In this document: one piece after another, positions 1-6,399 of the stretch
Numbering within the stretch: position 1 is the first letter of the stretch
Layout of the letters: each line of letters opens with the position of its first letter
Source: a virus
Strand: one strand, 5' to 3'
IMG/VR virus record: IMGVR_UViG_3300046810_000166
Coordinates: 29,689 to 93,688 of that record
Length of the DNA: 64,000 nt
Position numbers and translations under genes: made by a program
Notes under the pieces: model-generated
The model's input: the letters and a program-made list of their open reading frames with translations, nothing else
Database searches by the model: none
What the model was told of the DNA's origin: nothing

Positions 1-71
1 GGCGGTGACGATTTTGTGGCTCTTGAAGCGTTGCATGCTAGGGGCCTTTGGTGGTGATTATCAAGGCCTCC

Positions 72-87
72 AGCATGTTGTCACGAC
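72..87 (-). promoter_or_regulatory. Late promoter motif
   Basis: GTCGTGAC-aa-CATGCT. Confidence 0.65.
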
Positions 88-410
88 TGCAGGAGCACCA
101 CCAAGGCCCAGCAGACTTTGCAGGCCACGTGCGCCAGCTGGTCATCGTGCAGGGTGATCGAGCCCTCGCACTTGAGGAAGTCGATCCATGCGTGCAGCGC
201 GGCCTCGCACAGGCCCAGCACCACCGAGCCGGTGGCCAGCGCCACGGCGCCGCCATGGATCAGCGCATGCGACGACAGCGCCCACGGCCAGAACTGCGCG
301 CCGATCGCCGTGTGGCGGCTCTTGCCCTCGGCGAGGAAAGGCCCCTGCAGCGGGTAGTCGGCCAGCGCGTGGCCCACCAGCATCCAGAACAGCGCGGTCA
401 GGGCGATCAT
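81..410 (-). CDS. DUF3307-like membrane protein
   Basis: GHALADYPLQ...HALIHG...LHAWIDFLKC...DQLAH pattern with hydrophobic helices. Confidence 0.75.
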   Translation of the reverse strand: MIALTALFWMLVGHALADYPLQGPFLAEGKSRHTAIGAQFWPWALSSHALIHGGAVALATGSVVLGLCEAALHAWIDFLKCEGSITLHDDQLAHVACKVCWALVVLLQS

Positions 411-619
411 GGCGCACCCTCGGCGTCGGCCCGCATGATTTCCGCCTGCAGGTAGTTGGCAAGGTCTAGCGCCTCCTCCAGCGCGTGCTGCAGCAGCTGG
501 CGCCGCGTGAGGGTGGTGCCGGCCAGCGCCACGCCATACTTGACCATGCCGACCCGCGAGCGCTGCAGGAGCAGCTGGCGATTGGCCTCTACAACTGCGT
601 CAGGGGCAATCTCGCTCAT
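407..619 (-). CDS. Conserved phage protein (MazG-like all-alpha fold possible)
   Basis: Real start MSEIAPD at 619; R-S-x-VG-x-x-KYG...LQHALEEALDLANYL motif; ATGA-coupled to neighbours. Confidence 0.6.
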   Translation of the reverse strand: MSEIAPDAVVEANRQLLLQRSRVGMVKYGVALAGTTLTRRQLLQHALEEALDLANYLQAEIMRADAEGAP

Positions 620-1008
620 GGGCGCACCAGCAGGTAGAGATCCCATTCGGCCGGGTCGCCAGCAAGGCCGGCGCGCGACGGGTGCGGATCGTGCAGAATC
701 TGGCCATTCCGGCCCACCACGGCATGGTGCCCGGCCGGGTCGCGCGGCGATGGCCCGCTGATGATGTGGTGGATGGCGTCCTCGGCCCACACGATCCGGC
801 CGCGCATCATCACGAAGGCATAGCCGCGTGCGCGGCAGAACTCGGCCACCATCAGCCAGAAGTTGCCATTTCCCTCGGCATCGAGCTGGGCGAAGTGCGG
901 CACCTCGGCGATCGGCAGGTCCAGCACCGAGGCGAGGCACGCGCGCATGCAGTCGCCTTGCTGGCCCTGCTCGGGCAGGTGCATGAACTCCTGATCAGTC
1001 GGCGTCAT
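616..1008 (-). CDS. Hypothetical phage protein (GDCxRAC...HAVV...HDPHP)
   Basis: ORF in a coupled operon; Cys/His/Asp pattern suggests a papain-like fold. Confidence 0.6.
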   Translation of the reverse strand: MTPTDQEFMHLPEQGQQGDCMRACLASVLDLPIAEVPHFAQLDAEGNGNFWLMVAEFCRARGYAFVMMRGRIVWAEDAIHHIISGPSPRDPAGHHAVVGRNGQILHDPHPSRAGLAGDPAEWDLYLLVRP

Positions 1009-1267
1009 GCATCACCGCGTAGTAGTGGATGACCTGCGCGCCGTAGGAGCTCACCACGTGGCCCAAGTACAGGGCGACACCTGCCGGCACCGGGCCGCCG
1101 GGCAGCACCACGTGAACGGTGTACTCGACATAGCGAAGGGTCGGCATCGCCTCGATGTGGGCCTCATGGTTGCCCATCACGTCGACCACGGCGCGCGGCT
1201 GCAGGCCGATCGGGGCGTGGAATTTGTTGCCGCTTGCCAGCGGGATCATCAGCATTACATTGGCCAT
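995..1267 (-). CDS. Hypothetical protein
   Basis: ORF with coding-like bias overlapping the next gene. Confidence 0.55.
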   Translation of the reverse strand: MANVMLMIPLASGNKFHAPIGLQPRAVVDVMGNHEAHIEAMPTLRYVEYTVHVVLPGGPVPAGVALYLGHVVSSYGAQVIHYYAVMHDAD

Positions 1268-1385
1268 TCTATTCTGTCCAGTTAGGGTCTATACCTTGAC
1301 ACTTATGTGTCCGAGAAAACGTTTTGCTGCCCTATTCGTACGCTATCGAGCGTCCAGCTGGACGCCCGGCTACGGTAGAGCCTAT

Positions 1386-1736
1386 TCAGGCGGCGGCCCG
1401 GTTGGCCCGGTCGATCGCCTGCAGGAAGGCCGGCCAGTCCGGGCGCCGGTATTCCCAAAAGCGCGCATAGGTCGGGTGCAGCACGGTGAACGCGCGCGCC
1501 AGATCCGGGGCATGGTGGTCGTTGATCTTGAGCGAACACTGGCCAGCCTCGCGGTGGCGGGTGTAGTGGCGCAGCTCCTCCACGATCGTGCGCGAGCTGA
1601 ACCGCTTCCAGCCCTTCTCGATCAGGCGCAGGGACTGCTGCTCGAAGGCCTCGTAGATCGACCCGTTCAGGGCCAGCCAGTCGAGGAAGCCGGGACGGAA
1701 GAAGGCCGCATAGGGCGTCAGGGCGGTGATGTTCAC
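1386..1736 (-). CDS. Hypothetical phage protein
   Basis: GTG start at 1736 overlapping the upstream stop; FSSRTIVEELR...KINDH motif seen in phage proteins. Confidence 0.6.
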   Translation of the reverse strand: MNITALTPYAAFFRPGFLDWLALNGSIYEAFEQQSLRLIEKGWKRFSSRTIVEELRHYTRHREAGQCSLKINDHHAPDLARAFTVLHPTYARFWEYRRPDWPAFLQAIDRANRAAA

Positions 1737-1987
1737 AGCACTGGCTCCTCGGGCAGGTAGCCGACCAGCAGCGCGCGCAGGCGGCCCCATGGGTGCTGCT
1801 CGCCGAAGTTCGGGCAGTCCGCCACGTGCTGGATCTGGTGGCCATCCTGCGTGATCGGCAGGCCGCGACCGCAGACCCGGCACACCATGCTGTGGCCACG
1901 GAAGTCGAACAAGCCGCGCAGCTGCATCAGGGCGTCGGCGGTGGGCTTCTCCAGTGGCTTGTCGTGAAATACGGCGGTGATTGTCAT
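1733..1987 (-). CDS. Hypothetical Zn-binding protein
   Basis: CxxC...H...C; coupled to the MTase stop. Confidence 0.55.
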   Translation of the reverse strand: MTITAVFHDKPLEKPTADALMQLRGLFDFRGHSMVCRVCGRGLPITQDGHQIQHVADCPNFGEQHPWGRLRALLVGYLPEEPVL

Positions 1988-3177
1988 AGCAAACTCATCT
2001 GAGGGGTGGCTGGGACCGCATCAGCGGGCGCTGGCGGCGTTTTCTGGATGCGGATGGGCGCAGACACCGGCGCGGGTGCGATCGCCGCCTGCGGGGCCGC
2101 CTTGGCCTCTGCAGCAGCAATCCGGCGCCGGGAGATCCCGGTGAACTCGGGCGACAGGTCAAAGCCGATGAAGCGGCAGCCCTCCATGCGGGCGCCACGG
2201 CCGGTCGAGCCAGAGCCCATGAACACGTCCAGCACCACGCCGCCCGGCGGGCAGACCAGCCGGACCAGATAGCGCATCAGCTCGGTGGGCTTGACGGTCG
2301 GGTGCGGGTTGCCGTTCCGGGCGCTCCAGTCGGCAGTCTCGCAATGACGCATGGTGGCGTCCTTGGCGACCACTGGCGCATCGCCGCTTTCCACGCCATC
2401 GTTGCGATCGGCGCGCGACGGCTTCGGGCAGTAGAAGAAACGGGCCGCGTCGCCGGGGAACAGCGCTTCGACCTCGGGCGAGCCGTCATGCAGCAGGTTG
2501 GCGGGCCAGCGGCCGACCGCCTCGGTGCCGGGCACGTCCGCGCCCATCTTGAAGCCGCCAGCCTGCGCCGGGCCGGTCGCGGTGTCCGGGTTGCGGGCAT
2601 TGCCGGCGGGCGGGTTGTAGCGCACCTCATCGCCCACGCGGCAGCCGTCGATGTTCAGGGCGCCCACGCCATGCTGCAGCAGGTTCTGCGCCACGGTACC
2701 GGCCAGCGGCTTGCGGGCCACGGCGATCGGCTCATGGGATGGTTTCAGGCAGGTGCCCCAGCCGGCCCAGCGCTCGGCGTCCTCGCCCTGCAGGTCGTAC
2801 TTGGCCACGTTCCGGCTCTTGGGCATGCCGCTGCCGTACAGCCACAGCGCCTGATCGCGGATCTCGAAGCCGGCGTCCTCGATCGCGCAGGTCATCCGGT
2901 GGTAGGTGCGCGAGCCAGAGAACGCCAGCAGGTGGCCGCCCGGCTTGAGCACGCGCAGGCACTCGGCCCACAGCTCCACGTCGAAGGCGATGCCGGACTT
3001 GTCCCAGCCACGGCCCATGAACCCCAGCTCGTAGGGCGGGTCCGTCACGATCGCGTCGATGCAGGCATCCGGCAGCAGGCGCAGCATGGACTTGGAATCG
3101 CCACACTCGGCCGCGAAGCCAGCCCGGCCCAGCAGAACGTCGATCATGCGCTGCTGATTCAGGTGCACCAGCTCCAT
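1984..3177 (-). CDS. DNA methyltransferase (N6-A/N4-C, beta class)
   Basis: TDPPY catalytic motif, RVLKPGG, HPTVKP, VLDVFMGSGSTG SAM-binding motif. Confidence 0.92.
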   Translation of the reverse strand: MELVHLNQQRMIDVLLGRAGFAAECGDSKSMLRLLPDACIDAIVTDPPYELGFMGRGWDKSGIAFDVELWAECLRVLKPGGHLLAFSGSRTYHRMTCAIEDAGFEIRDQALWLYGSGMPKSRNVAKYDLQGEDAERWAGWGTCLKPSHEPIAVARKPLAGTVAQNLLQHGVGALNIDGCRVGDEVRYNPPAGNARNPDTATGPAQAGGFKMGADVPGTEAVGRWPANLLHDGSPEVEALFPGDAARFFYCPKPSRADRNDGVESGDAPVVAKDATMRHCETADWSARNGNPHPTVKPTELMRYLVRLVCPPGGVVLDVFMGSGSTGRGARMEGCRFIGFDLSPEFTGISRRRIAAAEAKAAPQAAIAPAPVSAPIRIQKTPPAPADAVPATPQMSLL

Positions 3178-3767
3178 CAGCCGCGCTCCAGCACAACGAC
3201 CGTCTTTTCCTCGTTCTCGGGCTTGTCGAGGCCCCACGCCTTGCGTTCGGCGGTCTGGACGATGGACAGCGCCTCGGCGAGGATCTTGGCGCGCTTGCCC
3301 ATGGCGAAGCCCTTTTCGTGGTCCTGCTCGCGCAGCGCCTCATACACGCGGATGCGCACCGAGTTCATTTCGTCGCGGTGGCGGGTCAGCACCTCGGCGC
3401 GGCGGCTGATGGCCAGCTGCTCGGCTGCTTGCTCGGGCGTCAGCCCGGTCAGGTCGGGCGGGGAAGGGTCCGCGTTTTTGAACGGGGCGCCGTCAACGCC
3501 CGGCGCTTGGCCGGACTCGTTTGCAGCAAAAGTTGCCAAGCGTAAGCCATCACGAACACCTGCACGATCAGCGGCCTGATGCGCCTTGTTGACCACCTTG
3601 TCGAGGTCCATGCGCTTGAGCCACTTCTGCTCCTTTGCTTTCTTTGCAACAGCCTGCTTTGAGATTCCGAGCGGACCACCCACATCGGCGTAGGAGACTT
3701 TCGGATCGCTCTCCCACATCGCGCGGGCGCTTTCCCATTGTTCGGGAGTGATGGGCGTGCGTGCCAT
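3177..3767 (-). CDS. Putative terminase small subunit (N-terminal HTH)
   Basis: W..AR..WE...SY......ISKQAV.KKA....W HTH and ERKAWGLD C-terminus; preceded by the late promoter motif at 3803. Confidence 0.55.
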   Translation of the reverse strand: MARTPITPEQWESARAMWESDPKVSYADVGGPLGISKQAVAKKAKEQKWLKRMDLDKVVNKAHQAADRAGVRDGLRLATFAANESGQAPGVDGAPFKNADPSPPDLTGLTPEQAAEQLAISRRAEVLTRHRDEMNSVRIRVYEALREQDHEKGFAMGKRAKILAEALSIVQTAERKAWGLDKPENEEKTVVVLERG

Positions 3768-3794
3768 GGTGCTGACTTTCAATAAGATGCAGTC

Positions 3795-3810
3795 AGCATG
3801 GCGTCACGAC
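3795..3810 (-). promoter_or_regulatory. Late promoter motif
   Basis: GTCGTGAC-gc-CATGCT upstream of the terminase-small-like gene. Confidence 0.7.
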
Positions 3811-3921
3811 TTGTTGACGGGGCAGGAGTCAACGGTTGACGTTGACGGCGGCGACAACCGACAACGAGCGGGCAAAAGAAAAGCCGCTACAGGAGCGGCT
3901 GATAGGCGAGGTATAAAGGGG

Positions 3922-4203
3922 TCAAGCGGGAGGATCGGCCGGCTTGGGCGTCGAGGTGGACTTGCCACAGAAGGGGCAGTAGGAGGCAACCACAGGCATT
4001 TCCTTTCCCTTCTCGCTGGTGAAGCCCTTCCCGGTGCCACGGATGCGGAACGGGATGTTGATGACGAGCTTGAGGCCCATATCGTCGGTCAGCTGGAAGC
4101 CGGTCGCCGCGCAGGTGACCTTGATGTTCTCGCCGGCCTTCTCCTTCACGAATGGAACCTCGGCCAGCTCGCCCTCGATGCGCTTGATGCATTCACAGTT
4201 CAT
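3922..4203 (-). CDS. Hypothetical Zn-ribbon phage protein
   Basis: MNCEC...YCPFCG. Confidence 0.6.
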   Translation of the reverse strand: MNCECIKRIEGELAEVPFVKEKAGENIKVTCAATGFQLTDDMGLKLVINIPFRIRGTGKGFTSEKGKEMPVVASYCPFCGKSTSTPKPADPPA

Positions 4204-4529
4204 TCGATCCTCCCAGCAGCATCCACGGCGGTGCGCATGCGATCGAGGGCCGGGATCAGCACGCTATCCTTCCATGCCACGTTGATCAGATTGTCGGACG
4301 CAGCCAGCAGCTCCTTGTTGGCGTTCAGGATCGTCAGGGCATGCTCGATCGGGCCGGCCACCCACGTGCGCATGTACAGCCTTACCTGCTCCTTCACGAA
4401 GGCGTCGACCTCGTCACGGTTGTGCAGGGTGATCTCCGGGTGGTGGATGCCGCCAAAGCCAGCGCTCTCCATCCGGGCAGATTTCAGGGCGTCCTCCAGC
4501 AGTTCAGCGATCTTGGTAATGGACTTCAT
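4200..4529 (-). CDS. Hypothetical protein
   Basis: AGGAG RBS upstream of ATG 4529. Confidence 0.55.
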   Translation of the reverse strand: MKSITKIAELLEDALKSARMESAGFGGIHHPEITLHNRDEVDAFVKEQVRLYMRTWVAGPIEHALTILNANKELLAASDNLINVAWKDSVLIPALDRMRTAVDAAGRIE

Positions 4530-4615
4530 ACGGGTGTTTCTCCTTATGGGTGCGGACTCTGCCTCTATTGCGGGCGAGCCCATGTGGTGGTTTACGGGAC
4601 TTGCCAAGGGTAAAG

Positions 4616-4804
4616 CTATTCAGGCTTCGGGCCCCGGATCTCATGGAAAACCATCGTGCGGCCCGCCAGTTCTTCCTCGGGGATGCCCATCGCCTCGGCT
4701 ATCTGGCGCTTGAGTTTCGCGCCCGCCACGAACTGGCGGCCAGTCAGCAAGAACGGCGGGTCGCTGGGCGTATCATCGGACGGCGGCAGTTTATCGGTGG
4801 CCAC
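4616..4804 (-). CDS. Hypothetical protein
   Basis: Short ORF in operon. Confidence 0.45.
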   Translation of the reverse strand: MATDKLPPSDDTPSDPPFLLTGRQFVAGAKLKRQIAEAMGIPEEELAGRTMVFHEIRGPKPE

Positions 4805-4807
4805 GGC

Positions 4808-5104
4808 TCAGCCTCCCACCTTGTCCAGCGCTGCCTTGGCGCGCTCAACGTCCGCCATCCGGGCGCCGGCGCGCAGTTCATCCATGCGCTCGGCGATCAT
4901 GTAGCGGTTCAGGTGCTGGTCGATGATGGTTTCCTCGGCGTCGATCACGTGCCGGTCCTTCGTCATGGTCCGGGCGGCCGCTGCGATCGCGATCCCGGCG
5001 CACAGCAGGCCCTTGAGCATGCCGAACTCCTCGGGCAGGCCACGCCAGCCGTCAATAATCGCGCGGGTGCGCTCCTCGGCCGTCATCAGCGGTTTCTTCT
5101 TCAT
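4808..5104 (-). CDS. Hypothetical protein
   Basis: AAGGA RBS; coding bias. Confidence 0.55.
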   Translation of the reverse strand: MKKKPLMTAEERTRAIIDGWRGLPEEFGMLKGLLCAGIAIAAAARTMTKDRHVIDAEETIIDQHLNRYMIAERMDELRAGARMADVERAKAALDKVGG

Positions 5105-5116
5105 GGTGTTTCCTTG

Positions 5117-5395
5117 TCAGAATGGAATGATGTCGTTCATGCCCGCGTAGATCGGGTCCACCACCTTCGGGCGGGCCTTGAACTCGGCCAGCTCGCGGGC
5201 CAGCAGCTCCACACCTTCCGGCTCGCGCTCCAGCTCGCGCAACAGGTCGTTGTAGTGGATGGTCAGGCGGCACTCAGCACAGTAAATATCACCCACCTGA
5301 TAGCTGCAGGTGCAGGCGACGCCCTCGCGGCGCTTGATGATGGCGCGCACGCTGATGATGTGGTCGACCACGGAATAGGTCGTGTTCTGGTCCAT
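5117..5395 (-). CDS. Hypothetical Cys-rich protein ending in DIIPF
   Basis: CxC...CxxC; C-terminus resembles the SSB acidic tip. Confidence 0.55.
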   Translation of the reverse strand: MDQNTTYSVVDHIISVRAIIKRREGVACTCSYQVGDIYCAECRLTIHYNDLLRELEREPEGVELLARELAEFKARPKVVDPIYAGMNDIIPF

Positions 5396-5397
5396 GC

Positions 5398-5787
5398 TCA
5401 GCCGCCGATGTAGGCGTCAGCGATCGCGCGCACCAGCTCGCCACGTGCAAGCGGCGGGTTGCTGATCCAGCCACGCATGACGGTGACGCTGTAGCCGCGC
5501 AGCATATGCGCCACGCGAGTGCGGAAGATCGCGCGGTCTTGGGCGATGCTCAGGTCCAGCCCTTCGGCCTTCGGGGCGAGGAAGGACAGGTCGGACTCGG
5601 TGCACAGCATGTCGATCGCGCGCTTGGCCACCTTCCCCATATCCTCGGGCTTGTCGTGCTTGACGGCCATGGCCAGCTCGGTCAGGGTGGTTTCCAGATC
5701 GGTGTAGCTCGGCAGGCCCGCACCCTTGGCCAGTTCGTTCATTTTCAGGATCGCGCTGACTTGCTTGAGGCTGGCATTCGGTTTCAT
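5398..5787 (-). CDS. Hypothetical protein
   Basis: GGGGA RBS before ATG 5787. Confidence 0.55.
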   Translation of the reverse strand: MKPNASLKQVSAILKMNELAKGAGLPSYTDLETTLTELAMAVKHDKPEDMGKVAKRAIDMLCTESDLSFLAPKAEGLDLSIAQDRAIFRTRVAHMLRGYSVTVMRGWISNPPLARGELVRAIADAYIGG

Positions 5788-5800
5788 TGGATTCCCCTGA

Positions 5801-5920
5801 TTAGCGAGCAGCGACGAAGGCCAGCGGCACACCGATGATCAGCGCGGCGTAGACCACAGCCGCCCAAGCCACCACCTTGCCCTCGTTTTCTTCGATGTAC
5901 TCAATGATTGCGTTGAACAC
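5801..5920 (-). CDS. Small single-TM membrane protein
   Basis: GGGAG RBS then GTG 5920; first gene after the operator-promoter. Confidence 0.5.
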   Translation of the reverse strand: MFNAIIEYIEENEGKVVAWAAVVYAALIIGVPLAFVAAR

Positions 5921-5956
5921 TTTGATCTCCCGTCTGCGTTGTGTTTCGATGGAAGA

Positions 5957-5985
5957 ATCATATAACGCATTGCGGTAATATGCAA
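5957..5985 (-). promoter_or_regulatory. Sigma70 promoter with operator in spacer
   Basis: TTGCAT-17bp-TATGAT; ACGCATTGCGG at 5965-5975. Confidence 0.8.
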
Positions 5986-6010
5986 GCACTTTTCATATGA
6001 ATTTCAGGCG

Positions 6011-6038
6011 AAAAAAAGGGCCGCTGTTTAGGCGGCCC
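6011..6038 (-). terminator. Rho-independent terminator
   Basis: GGGCCGC-ctaaaca-GCGGCCC followed by T7 on the minus strand. Confidence 0.8.
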
Positions 6039-6185
6039 GAACGGGTAGTGTGTTTACGATCACGAAGCTAAGCAGGCTCCGTGCAGAGGACCACCGGCAC
6101 CGGGGCGGAATGCCCTATGCCACGATTCGCGGTGCCCTGCGGGAGGCATTCTGCCTCAGTTCACCGGACTTGCCAAGGATTAAGT

Positions 6186-6353
6186 TTACTTTCCCTCAAC
6201 ATCCACGCGATCGGCTACCTTCATCCAGAACAGCTCCACCTCCAGTTCAAGTACGCGGCTCTGCAGCGCGGCCTTGTCCTTGGCGTGCTGGGCCAGCTGC
6301 TTGGCCAGCTCCAGCGGCGTGAGGGTTTGGATGAGGTGATCTACAAGGCTCAT
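6186..6353 (-). CDS. Small coiled-coil hypothetical protein
   Basis: MSLVDHLIQ... with strong codon bias, downstream of the RNA array. Confidence 0.5.
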   Translation of the reverse strand: MSLVDHLIQTLTPLELAKQLAQHAKDKAALQSRVLELEVELFWMKVADRVDVEGK

Positions 6354-6399
6354 GTACGAATAGGATGGGCAAATACATCGGTTCCGACAGCTTCGCACG

